This document shows positions 1 to 8,771 of a stretch of DNA of 64,000 nucleotides, one piece after another. The stretch comes from Acetobacter sp. 46_36. Its GTDB lineage: Bacteria; Pseudomonadota; Alphaproteobacteria; RF32; CAG-239. The number at the start of each line of letters is the position of its first letter. Position 1 is the first letter of the stretch. The DNA is taken from assembly GCA_001917135.1 (NCBI GenBank), contig MNTT01000015.1, positions 7,751 to 71,750 of the forward strand, given 5' to 3'. The notes beneath the pieces were generated by a model. It worked only from the letters and a program-made list of their open reading frames with translations, was not told the origin of the DNA and did not search any database. Made by a program: the position numbers and the translations under genes.

Positions 1-180
1 CAATATTCAGCCCGCGATTGACGGCTTCGCGCAAAATGCCGATTTTTCCCTGGCTTGCCAGATAATACATTTTGTTAAAATCGCGTGGCGACAACCGGCC
101 GCCAAACGCACAGGCGTTTTCCGAAACAGAAACGGCAGCAAAAAAGACTGCGGAAAAATATAAAGCGGCGCCAAACCTCA
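1..180 (-). CDS. Ankyrin-repeat protein with N-terminal signal peptide, 5' portion only (gene continues left of window)
   Basis: Reverse-complement of 1..180 translates MRFGAALYFSAVFFAAVSVSENACAFGGRLSPRDFNKMYYLASQGKIGILREAVNRGLNI.... This gives a hydrophobic signal peptide followed by an ANK-like G-x-I-x-x-L-x-x-x-x-x-G-L-N-I segment. The frame stays open to the window edge. Confidence 0.5.
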
Positions 181-270
181 TCTAACAAAACCATAAAAAC
201 AATTGCTTTGTATCGATTCTACGCCGGAGTTTCTTAAAAAAGAGTATAATTTATAAAATTATGCCGAAAA

Positions 271-681
271 TTAATATTCATCCTCTTCAGAGTAACTCTC
301 GCCATAGCGGTAACCGTCTTGTCCGGTACGATAGTCATCCTGCCCGATACGATAACCGGCCTGTCCTGCCTGATAACCGTCCCCCGCCCGGGCACTCTTT
401 TTCTGATAACTGTCCTGCTCTGTTTGGCCGCTTTGTTTTTGATAACCGTTCTGCGGCTGATAACCTACGGCATAAGCGTCTTTTCCTTCGACTTCAAGGC
501 TGGGGTTAACGTATGCCGTCGCGCCTTTTTCATAAAAATAGAAATCGCGCCGGAGCCGCGCCTGATCGCGAATGGAAAGGGAATTCCATTCCGTTTCCGT
601 CAAACCGTAAGGATAAGCCTCTTCTCCGCCGGCACAACCGGAAAGCAAAAACAGCGCCAGCAGCACACCCGCTTTTTTCAT
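271..681 (-). CDS. Lipoprotein with C-terminal Gly/Tyr/Gln-rich degenerate repeats
   Basis: Lipobox LLSGC after a hydrophobic N-terminus. The C-terminal half is built of GYQ/GYR/DGY repeats (QAGYRIGQDDYRTGQDGYRYG). The underlying DNA shows 'gataaccg' periodicity. Confidence 0.55.
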   Translation of the reverse strand: MKKAGVLLALFLLSGCAGGEEAYPYGLTETEWNSLSIRDQARLRRDFYFYEKGATAYVNPSLEVEGKDAYAVGYQPQNGYQKQSGQTEQDSYQKKSARAGDGYQAGQAGYRIGQDDYRTGQDGYRYGESYSEEDEY

Positions 682-902
682 CTTAAAGTCTCCCGTACAA
701 TCAAAAACTTTTTATGCTACAGATTTGCGTTATAGGATATAATAATTTGTTTTTCAAGCAAAATCTTCCGCTGCACGTTTCCGCCGCCCCTCCTGCCGGC
801 AAAAACGCCGCCCGGCCGCATTCCGCAACAACCGCCGCTGAATTTTCAGCAGTTCCTTAAAAAAACTGCCGCGCATAACCATTCTCTCAGTTTCCGCTCC
901 GC

Positions 903-1466
903 CTATATCTTCAGCAGATTCTTTACAAAGGCCTCAACATAATCCTTCCTGCGGTTTTGGTAATCAAGATAGTAAGCGTGTTCCCAAACGTCCAGATTCA
1001 ATATCGGCTTAAAGCCAAGCACCAGCGGCGTATCGCCGTTGCGCGTAGTCAGAACGTCAAGTTTCCCGCCTTTGCCCTCGGCCAGCCACACCCAGCCGCT
1101 GCCGAAAAGCTTAACCGCCTCGTCTGCCAGCTTTTCCCGCAATGCGTCGCGCGTTTCAAAACGCTCGGCAATGCGCTCCTGCATATCCTCATCAAATTTT
1201 TCCCCGATACCGATTGAATTCCAATACACGTTATGGTTAAAAACCTGCCCCGCATTATTATACAAAACCTGATATTCCGGCTTGTCAAACGTCCTTTCGA
1301 TAATTTCCTCCAGCGGCGTATCCTGAAACTCCGTTCCCGAAATCAGTTCGTTGACTTTATCCACATAGGCCTTATGGTGTTTTCCGTAATGGAATTGCAC
1401 AGTTTCTTCCGAAACATATGGTGCCAAAGCGCTTTCTTTAAACGGCAGTTTCATCAGTTCTATCAT
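903..1466 (-). CDS. sodB: Fe/Mn-family superoxide dismutase
   Basis: 187 aa. Hallmark motifs are FHYGKHH, the NNAGQVFNHNVYW segment and the metal-ligand region DVWEHAYY. Confidence 0.93.
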   Translation of the reverse strand: MIELMKLPFKESALAPYVSEETVQFHYGKHHKAYVDKVNELISGTEFQDTPLEEIIERTFDKPEYQVLYNNAGQVFNHNVYWNSIGIGEKFDEDMQERIAERFETRDALREKLADEAVKLFGSGWVWLAEGKGGKLDVLTTRNGDTPLVLGFKPILNLDVWEHAYYLDYQNRRKDYVEAFVKNLLKI

Positions 1467-1635
1467 TTTTTCCTCCTGAAATATTATAATCCAGCCTTTA
1501 TAATAGCCTCTAAATATTTATTTTAAATAGGCGTTTTAATTTTGTTAATAATTATTAACAGCCCCATATCAAAGATTCACAAATAAAATTTATGTAGTAT
1601 GATAACGATAACAATAAACAAAACGGAGAGGAAAA

Positions 1636-2322
1636 ATGAGAGTTTTATTAATAGAAGATGACTATGCCGTTTCTCAAAGCGTCGAAACAATCCTCAAAAA
1701 AGAAGGCATGGTTGTCGATACCACCGATGACGGCGAAGACGGGCTGGACTGCGGCAAACTGTATGATTATGACATCATTATTCTGGATTTGAACCTGCCC
1801 GGCATGAACGGCTATGAAGTCTTAAAAAGCCTCCGCAACGCCAAAATCACCACTCCGGTTCTGATTTTGTCCGGCCTCTATGAACCGGATAAAAAAGTCA
1901 AGGGGCTGGGTTACGGTGCAGACGACTATCTGACCAAACCGTTTGACAAGAGCGAGCTTCTCGCCCGCATTCAGGCAATTGTCCGCCGCTCCAAAGGACA
2001 TTCCAATTCGATTATTCAAACCGGGCTCGTCGAAGTCAATCTGGATACACAGACCGTCAGCGTCGCCGGCAAAGACCTGCACCTGACCGGCAAGGAATAC
2101 GGTATTATGGAATTGCTTTCCCTGCGCAAAGGTTCAACCTTGAACAAGGAACAGTTCTTAAACCACCTCTACGGCGGCATTGACGAACCGGAATTAAAGA
2201 TTATTGACGTCTTTATCTGCAAGCTGCGCAAAAAGCTGGAAAAAGCTTCCGGCGGCAAAAACTATATTGAAACTGTCTGGGGCCGGGGATATATCTTAAA
2301 AGACCCCGATGAACACAAATAG
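1636..2322 (+). CDS. ctrA: Cell-cycle response regulator CtrA (OmpR family)
   Basis: 228 aa with near-identity to canonical CtrA blocks: [97 protein letters not shown]. An SD (GGAGAGGAAAA) sits before the ATG. Confidence 0.9.
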   Translation: MRVLLIEDDYAVSQSVETILKKEGMVVDTTDDGEDGLDCGKLYDYDIIILDLNLPGMNGYEVLKSLRNAKITTPVLILSGLYEPDKKVKGLGYGADDYLTKPFDKSELLARIQAIVRRSKGHSNSIIQTGLVEVNLDTQTVSVAGKDLHLTGKEYGIMELLSLRKGSTLNKEQFLNHLYGGIDEPELKIIDVFICKLRKKLEKASGGKNYIETVWGRGYILKDPDEHK

Positions 2323-2335
2323 TTTCAATTGCAGG

Positions 2336-2380
2336 ATTAAGAGGCGGTTGCTCCCACATTAAACCGCCTCTTAATTTTTT
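2336..2380 (+). terminator. Rho-independent terminator after ctrA
   Basis: Inverted repeat ttaagaggcggtt / aaccgcctcttaa followed by TTTTTT. Confidence 0.6.
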
Positions 2381-2445
2381 GTACCAGTCTTCGCTCGGAA
2401 AAGCAAGTTTAAAAACCCGAATACATACCCGATGTCGCAATCCTG

Positions 2446-3090
2446 CTATTCAAAAGTAAATACCAGCGTACAGTTTTCATAATCCAGACAAGTCTGGCAA
2501 AACGCCTGCATGTCTGTAAACGTTACCGATTGCAGGCATTTTCGGCCGCCGCTGCACCAGCCGCTTCCCCAAAAGCTTCCTGAAGAACCGCTCCCCTCGC
2601 CTTCTCCGTACCTGTGTATCCAGACCTTAAACAGCATATCCTGATATGGCAGCGCCACATGCTCAAACAACAGCCGGCAGTATTCCTCAAGCTGTACACC
2701 GGTCCAACCGCCGGCCTTTTTGTTTTTAAGCTCATAATTGACGGTTATGTACTTATTGCTTGCGGTTACCGTTGTCGTATGCAGGGTGCTGTCTACAATT
2801 CTGCCGCCGGAATACCTCCAGTTTTTAGGCAGAAATCCGGCATTGATCACCTGTGGCGTTAATCCGGCATATCCACCCGACTGTCTGGCAATTCTGAGCC
2901 AGCTGTCACGAAACTCCGTCAAATCGCGGATAAATCCGGCATACTCGGTTGCTGCAGTCGTTAATCTGTGGGTGGTCATGGCCTTGCCGAAACCGGCAAT
3001 AGCGCCAACCGATAAAATGCCGACAATAGCCAAAACCCCAAGCATTTCAATCATTGACCGCCCCGCATGGCTCCGATTGCTTTCCCTCAT
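2446..3090 (-). CDS. Prepilin-type (type IV pilin / pseudopilin-like) protein
   Basis: N-terminus MRESNRSHAGRSMIEMLGVLAIVGILSVGAIAG has a short basic leader. It carries a Glu at +5 relative to a plausible G|RSMIE cleavage, and a hydrophobic helix typical of the prepilin N-methylation domain. SD GGAAGGA lies 9 nt upstream of the ATG at 3090. The six-frame ORF extends to 3192, but that upstream part lacks an RBS. Confidence 0.65.
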   Translation of the reverse strand: MRESNRSHAGRSMIEMLGVLAIVGILSVGAIAGFGKAMTTHRLTTAATEYAGFIRDLTEFRDSWLRIARQSGGYAGLTPQVINAGFLPKNWRYSGGRIVDSTLHTTTVTASNKYITVNYELKNKKAGGWTGVQLEEYCRLLFEHVALPYQDMLFKVWIHRYGEGEGSGSSGSFWGSGWCSGGRKCLQSVTFTDMQAFCQTCLDYENCTLVFTFE

Positions 3091-3244
3091 CTGACAAGTC
3101 CTTCCCGTTTGTCCGCAGCCCCTTTGCCGCGAAAACAAAAGTTCATAACAAAAAACCACCTGATTAAGGCGGTCGGAGAGTTCAACAATCATATCGCATA
3201 AAATGACTCTTTTAGCCTTTCAGCCGAAGCTTTGGACATACGCT

Positions 3245-3278
3245 AAAAGCTCCCCGACCTTTTACAGTCGGGGATATA
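3245..3278. repeat. REP-like palindromic intergenic element, copy 1
   Basis: aaagctccccgaccttttacagtcggggatata contains a 7-bp stem ccccgac/gtcgggg. A near-identical copy lies in inverted orientation at 61279..61312. Confidence 0.5.
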
Positions 3279-3450
3279 TCTATTGCCGGCAATAAAACCA
3301 ATCGGCAATATAACGATGTTATATCCTAACACCGTATGCGATAAAGACCGTTGAAAGTCCCGCACCACCTCTGGCGCTGACAGGCAAAAGCCTGCTTAAC
3401 CAAATACTAAATGCTTTTTTCTTAAAATAAAGTAAATGAACGTGCCGGAA

Positions 3451-5337
3451 TTAAAAATTAACCTTAATACCCAGGCCAAACTCTTCATCGTCATGATAAT
3501 CGGAATTAAACTTTTTATATCCAGCATACAGCATCACATCGCGCGTCAGCCCGTACCCTCCTTCCGCCGCATAGGTTTGACCGCGCGCCGTATCGCTGGT
3601 GGTAAAATTCTGCATCGCCTGCAAATTAAGGCGAACTCTTCCGCTGTTATAATAAACTCCGCCTTTCAGCCCGATTCCCAAATATCCGTTGTCATAAAGC
3701 CCGCCGCCGTATGCCGCATTCGGAACGCTCATTGCATATAACAAGGTATGCTCTCCCAGCGCATAGCTTTGCCCCACGCCGGTTTCCAGCACCAAAGCCC
3801 CGCTGTCTTCACCCGACTTGGCATCAAACAATTCCCTGTAACCGACTTTAATATCGTATGACAACGGCGAAAACATCGCATCTGCTCCCGCCAGAGATTT
3901 AATCCCCAGCAAATTCAGTTCCTGCAACACCCATTTGCCCCGTACATCATAATGCCGGACTTTTCCTTCAAATAAATTGATTTCAGCTCCGTTTAACAAG
4001 CCATAGCTGTCTTCCAGCAGCGAGTTGTAAACCGGCTTGAAACTGACTTCCTGAAACGCCTCGCCGTTTCTCGCCCCAAACATTATGCCTGCCTGTTTTG
4101 CCTTATGCGCCAAAACCGGATTCTCGCCTTCTTTCAATTCGTCAAAATACTGTCGTTGATTGGCAATTTTGCTACGTTCGCGCAACAATGCCAGACTTTT
4201 CTTCCGATAGTCCGTAAGTTCCAAATCGCCGTCCACATAACGGTATTGCACATACTGGTACGCCGTTTCCAGCACATCGGCCTTTTCCTCTTCGTCAAGC
4301 GCGGATAAATCCGTCTTATCGCGGCGGATAATATCAATAAAAGCGTCATACTGACGGCTGTTCATCTGTGCCGCACGGTATTTCAGCTTAGACTGGCGGG
4401 AGGGACGGTAATTCGCCGCCGTCACCAGCCCCGAAACATTATTCACCGCTTTCAGCGTCGCCAGCGGCACCGTATATCCGCCAAACCCGTCACTGATATC
4501 TAATTCCGGACGTGCCGCCTCCAGCATCAGCAACAGGACGTACGAACAGTTGCGCGATGCAAAGTAATAGCGGATTTTCGCCCGCTGCATCTCCCACATA
4601 TGCGCCGTAAACAGTTCCAGTTCATCATCCGAAAGCCGCAGTTCATACTCCCAGATATCGCGATTCTCAATATTGTTGTACAGATTGATAACATCATAAT
4701 ACGGCTTGATGCCGAACGTTCCGTAATAACCGCCCCACAGGCCTTTCAGTGCATACAAAACGCCGGTTTCGTCGCCGGTATCCGCACCGAAATTCGCCCC
4801 ATGCGCCAACAGTTGCGTCCCTTTGCGCTTCGTGTCAATCCGAAACAACGTATGCCCGAACAAGGACGACGGATTGCTCATATACGCATTCGTAAACAGC
4901 ATGGTAACCGCTTTAGGCTGAACATCCGCCAGAAATTTCTGATAACCGGCACAGCCATCCAACGTTCCACGTACAGCCCCCTGCCGCTTCAGATAAATAA
5001 ACCGCGCCGGAAAAGCACATTTTTTCAACTCGCCGCTGTTTTCCTCTTTTCCAGACGCCTTAGCCTCCTTTCCGAACGCCTTAATCTCCTCTCCGGCCGA
5101 CTTTGCCTCCGCATTAAATGTCGTAACCGCTGCCCGATATTCGGCTTCCGGATTCTCTCTTCCTCCCGGCGTTAGAAAAAACTCCCCATTTTCCACTACG
5201 GACTCATAACCACTGCCGTTTTTTTCATAATGCAACAGTTTCAGCCAGCCTTTGTCAAAAGCTTCTGTTTCCGCACATGCACCCTGCACCGGAACCGCCA
5301 CAATCGCCAACAATGCCAGCCAAACCCGTATTTTCAT
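3451..5337 (-). CDS. DUF4105 (Lnb-like) periplasmic domain protein fused to a C-terminal beta-barrel-like domain
   Basis: Signal peptide MKIRVWLALLAIVAVPVQGACA. The central region (SSLFGHTLFRID, GANFGAD) matches the Lnb N-terminal/DUF4105 family. The C-terminus has alternating Gly/Tyr-rich beta-strand pattern and ends in F (GIKVNF), like outer-membrane proteins. Start chosen at Met16 of the six-frame ORF. Confidence 0.65.
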   Translation of the reverse strand: MKIRVWLALLAIVAVPVQGACAETEAFDKGWLKLLHYEKNGSGYESVVENGEFFLTPGGRENPEAEYRAAVTTFNAEAKSAGEEIKAFGKEAKASGKEENSGELKKCAFPARFIYLKRQGAVRGTLDGCAGYQKFLADVQPKAVTMLFTNAYMSNPSSLFGHTLFRIDTKRKGTQLLAHGANFGADTGDETGVLYALKGLWGGYYGTFGIKPYYDVINLYNNIENRDIWEYELRLSDDELELFTAHMWEMQRAKIRYYFASRNCSYVLLLMLEAARPELDISDGFGGYTVPLATLKAVNNVSGLVTAANYRPSRQSKLKYRAAQMNSRQYDAFIDIIRRDKTDLSALDEEEKADVLETAYQYVQYRYVDGDLELTDYRKKSLALLRERSKIANQRQYFDELKEGENPVLAHKAKQAGIMFGARNGEAFQEVSFKPVYNSLLEDSYGLLNGAEINLFEGKVRHYDVRGKWVLQELNLLGIKSLAGADAMFSPLSYDIKVGYRELFDAKSGEDSGALVLETGVGQSYALGEHTLLYAMSVPNAAYGGGLYDNGYLGIGLKGGVYYNSGRVRLNLQAMQNFTTSDTARGQTYAAEGGYGLTRDVMLYAGYKKFNSDYHDDEEFGLGIKVNF

Positions 5338-5389
5338 AATCGTCCGCAGATACAAAAAGGGCGCGGTTCCCCACGCCCTCAATCAAGAA

Positions 5390-5851
5390 TCACGCCTGAG
5401 CCAATTCCATGATTTTCAAAGTCAAATCAACAGCTTCAACGTTTTCATCCGTAAACAGATACGCAAAATTCTGCTGTGCTCTAGCACCGAGTTCTTTGCT
5501 GTCGACTTCCAAAAGTCCGGCAATCGTATCAATTGTTTCGCCTCTTCCGGCCGAAGCGTCCATCGCAAACTGTTCCATATTGTTTTCAATCACGGCCAGA
5601 ACCAGCTTGCCCGTACCGCCGGTAACGCGCCCGTTCGGATCGCAACCGGAAGTTCCGAGCGTAACGCCGATGGTATTCAGGAAAATGCCGTTGGTTGTCA
5701 TCGCCAACACCTGCGGGATAATACCGGACTGCCCTCTCCAAGCCATAGAACCCAAACCACAGCCGCCGGTAGAGTCAATTGCCTTCGCCGGAGAAACGGC
5801 AAACAGGGCAGCCGCAAAAACAGCACCCAAAACTAAATTCTTTTTCATCAA
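5390..5851 (-). CDS. Secreted DUF3015-like protein
   Basis: 153 aa with signal peptide MMKKNLVLGAVFAAALFAVSPAKA and Gly/Cys-containing segments GGCGLGSMAW and GTSGCDPNG typical of the DUF3015 family. Confidence 0.6.
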   Translation of the reverse strand: MMKKNLVLGAVFAAALFAVSPAKAIDSTGGCGLGSMAWRGQSGIIPQVLAMTTNGIFLNTIGVTLGTSGCDPNGRVTGGTGKLVLAVIENNMEQFAMDASAGRGETIDTIAGLLEVDSKELGARAQQNFAYLFTDENVEAVDLTLKIMELAQA

Positions 5852-5959
5852 AGTTCTCCTTGTACAATAAAACAGTTATAATCTAGCACCTCCTGCCTGG
5901 TTGTATAGCATAAAGTTTGACTAATCAACAGCTCCTCCGTTATATGTCCCGCTTCTCCA

Positions 5960-6085
5960 TTACCGTATGTTCTGCCTTTTCGTTGCCGTATGCTCCCCCT
6001 TCCCGCCGTATACTCAGCCGCTTTGCCGCCGATACCGCCTCGTCGCCGTACGCCTGATTTCCCGCCGCCGTTTGCCGTATCCCGC
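5960..6085. repeat. Array of about six GCCGTA(T/C) boxes at about 21-22-bp spacing in a divergent intergenic region
   Basis: Cores (t/c)gccgta(t/c) occur near 5964, 5986, 6006, 6048 and 6076, with a degenerate copy near 6028. Periodicity is about two helical turns. The array lies between the divergently oriented DUF3015 gene and greA. Confidence 0.5.
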
Positions 6086-6303
6086 CGCCGCTCCCTTCCG
6101 CCATTTTGCTGCATAACAAGGCTTGCCCACACCACTTTAAAAATTTTACTTGATTTATTATTTGATTTGTGCTTATATTTATATACAGAAAATAACGGAT
6201 ACTGGCTGGCACCGCAAAGGTGGCAGTCAAATTTTTTCAAACTTTTCAATTAACGCACACATCCGCAGCCTTTTGCGGAAAACTTATTTTTAGGAGAAAT
6301 AAA

Positions 6304-6777
6304 ATGGATAAATTCCCACTGACCAAGAAAGGATTTTTACGGTTAGAGCAGGAACTCAAGACCTTAAAAGGTGTTGAGCGGCCCAATGTTATCGCCGCCA
6401 TCGCCGAGGCGCGTTCGCATGGCGATTTATCGGAAAATGCCGAATACTCGGCAGCTAAAGAAAAACAAGGCTTTATTGAAGGGCGGATTCAGGAGCTGGA
6501 AGCCGTCGTCAGCCGGGCACAAATTATTGACCCGGCAGAAATGAGCGGCGACGTCATCCGTTTCGGTGCAACTGTTTCCGTCGTTGACGTTGATACGGAT
6601 ACCGAAAACTGCTACCAAATTGTGGGCGACTATGAAGCCGACATAAACGACAACAAAATTTCTCTGTCCTCGCCGCTGGCAAAGGCTCTGATTGGCAAAG
6701 AAGTCGGCGACGAAGTTGTCTATATGGCTCCGGGCGGCAAAAAGACGTTTGAAGTACTAGAAGTTTCGTATATCTAA
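6304..6777 (+). CDS. greA: Transcription elongation factor GreA
   Basis: 157 aa. Carries LTKKGFLRLEQELKTLK, the GDLSENAEY motif and a C-terminal FKBP-like domain. Strong SD TAGGAGAAATAAA before the ATG at 6304. The upstream in-frame part of the six-frame ORF was rejected. Confidence 0.9.
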   Translation: MDKFPLTKKGFLRLEQELKTLKGVERPNVIAAIAEARSHGDLSENAEYSAAKEKQGFIEGRIQELEAVVSRAQIIDPAEMSGDVIRFGATVSVVDVDTDTENCYQIVGDYEADINDNKISLSSPLAKALIGKEVGDEVVYMAPGGKKTFEVLEVSYI

Positions 6778-6851
6778 AAACTTCCGCGGTAAAACCTTAT
6801 ATCAAAGCCAGGACAAATTCCTGGCTTTTTTCATATTAAGGAGAATCGACA

Positions 6852-7604
6852 ATGAACGATACGACAGAAACCGGCGACTGCCATTACGACTATGCCAACA
6901 AATGTGACTGTTCTGAAGACGATAAATGCGGCTGCACATTTCCCAATAATCTTGCCCACGATTACAGTCCCGGATGTTTTGAGGAAAAGGAACCGCTCCA
7001 CCCCCATATGGAATTGACGGTAGGAATGGCGGCACCGGATTTTACTGCCCCGGCAGTCTTAAGCGACAACACGCTTGTTGAACATTTCAACTTTTACAAA
7101 TACACCAGAGGAAAGCTTGCCGTTCTGTTCTTTTACCCTGAGGATTTCAGTTTCACCTGCCCGTCCGAACTGCTGATGCTTAATCGGGAACTTAATGCCT
7201 TCTCAAAACGCAACACTCGCGTTTTGGCCATTTCGACGGATTCAGTACACTCACATCTGGCTTGGAAAGAACTGCCGCCGGAAAAAGACGGCGTCTCGGA
7301 CATAAACTTTCCTATGATTGCCGATCTTGATAAAAAAATTTCCGCCCATTACGGTATTTTAAGCAAAAAAGAAACCGCCCTGCGTGCCACTGTCATCATT
7401 GACGAAAAAAAGATAATCCGCCATATGAGTATTAACGACAACAAAATTTGGCGTAACCCGGAAGAAACCCTCCGTATTCTTGATATCTTAAACCAAAAAG
7501 ACGATACGCTTACCTCATGCCCTAAAGGCTGGAAACAAAACTTTTTCTTTGAGCGTCCTGAACCCGAAAGTCTGACTGAAATGTTCAGCCATCGAGATAA
7601 TTAA
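6852..7604 (+). CDS. Peroxiredoxin (AhpC/TSA family) with about 50-aa Cys-rich N-terminal extension
   Basis: The core from about residue 55 (MAAPDFTAP...FTFTCPSE) is a typical thioredoxin-fold Prx with the peroxidatic Cys in FTCP. The N-terminus MNDTTETGDCHYDYANKCDCSEDDKCGCTF has 5 Cys plus a His. Strong SD AAGGAGAA before the ATG at 6852 supports the extension being translated. Confidence 0.85.
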   Translation: MNDTTETGDCHYDYANKCDCSEDDKCGCTFPNNLAHDYSPGCFEEKEPLHPHMELTVGMAAPDFTAPAVLSDNTLVEHFNFYKYTRGKLAVLFFYPEDFSFTCPSELLMLNRELNAFSKRNTRVLAISTDSVHSHLAWKELPPEKDGVSDINFPMIADLDKKISAHYGILSKKETALRATVIIDEKKIIRHMSINDNKIWRNPEETLRILDILNQKDDTLTSCPKGWKQNFFFERPEPESLTEMFSHRDN

Positions 7605-7700
7605 CATTTCTTATGCCGCCACTTTTCTGCATCAATATATCTGGCTTCCGGCATACCTCTGGCGCAAAACCTGACTTTTCCCGCGTTTCCGCCGGATACG

Positions 7701-7731
7701 AAAAAAGACGCTGTAAACCAGCGTCTTTTTA
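7701..7731. terminator. Bidirectional intrinsic terminator between the peroxiredoxin gene (+) and tRNA-Ser (-)
   Basis: agacgctg-taaac-cagcgtct hairpin flanked by A-run upstream and T-run downstream, so it has a T-tail on either strand. Confidence 0.6.
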
Positions 7732-7738
7732 ATCAAAA

Positions 7739-7829
<91 letters not shown>

Positions 7830-7926
7830 GTTGCACCGCTTTGTATAACCTTTTTTTATATTTGGCAAGCACTTTTTTTACTTGTGCGAAAAAAATCCCG
7901 GCGCAAACTCAAACCGCAATCGGCAT

Positions 7927-8523
7927 CTAACTTTCAGGATAGCCGATAACCTGATTCATAATCACAAACTCATCCCGATTCAATCGCAGTTTATCTTTAA
8001 GCTCGTCTTTGTCAATATAACCGCGGACAATCGTATTCAACCCCTTACTCGTTGCATATAAATAAACATTCTGCGCAGCGGCACCAGCATGAAAAGGTGA
8101 ATTTATCTGGTCGCTCCCGGCATAAATCAGATTAACCGGAGCGTTTTTAACAAAATCCTGCTTGGCAATATATCTGCTAATTTCTTCATCGCTGACTTTA
8201 ATCAGCGAATTTGCCGCCGCATCGTATGCCCAGATAGAGTTTTGATAGACCACAAAAACTTTCAGGTTCTGCTCATTCTTTGCCGTCGGGATAGTCCTGG
8301 TTCCCTTTTTATTAATACCGAAAGATGCCCACAGCAAATCGCTGAGCGTCTGCTCGCTGATATCCTTGCTGCTGTATGAACGAGCCGACTGTCTATTATC
8401 TATTAACTGCATCAATTCCGAACTTTTATCCGGCTGAGGCAGTTTTTTAACCTCTCCGGCAAAACATTCCAACGGCAAAATCAACGAAAACAAAAGCAAA
8501 CCCAGCCCGCGCATCATAACCAT
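7927..8523 (-). CDS. Nitroreductase-family (SagB-type-like) protein with predicted signal peptide
   Basis: 198 aa. N-terminus MVMMRGLGLLLFSLILPLECFAGEV is signal-like. The remainder resembles the nitroreductase superfamily (ARSYSSKDIS...LLWASFGINK...VNLIYAGSD...AAQNVYLYATSKG). Confidence 0.7.
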   Translation of the reverse strand: MVMMRGLGLLLFSLILPLECFAGEVKKLPQPDKSSELMQLIDNRQSARSYSSKDISEQTLSDLLWASFGINKKGTRTIPTAKNEQNLKVFVVYQNSIWAYDAAANSLIKVSDEEISRYIAKQDFVKNAPVNLIYAGSDQINSPFHAGAAAQNVYLYATSKGLNTIVRGYIDKDELKDKLRLNRDEFVIMNQVIGYPES

Positions 8524-8771
8524 TCCCCTGTATGTTTTTTAAGAATAATTATGTATACGCCGCGTTTGCTTTAAATTCGGTTAATTTTGTTGTGATATTT
8601 GTTTTCCAGCCTGTTTTTGCGGCTGCATTCTAACGCGACCGCCGCTTTTTTGCTACTCACATTTTCTACAGCCGCCGCCTTTCCCGTTACGCACATTTTC
8701 TGCAACAGCATTTTTATGAAAAAGGCCTACAGCATACTTCTTCAGGCAGATGCGCCTGCATTCTTCCCGGC

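Noticed and set aside
5848-6249. 133-aa and 96-aa minus-strand ORFs, and an 87-aa plus-strand ORF, across the GCCGTAT repeat region
   Set aside because: No RBS; Gly/Arg-rich low-complexity products generated by the GC-rich tandem repeat. Better explained as non-coding repeat DNA.
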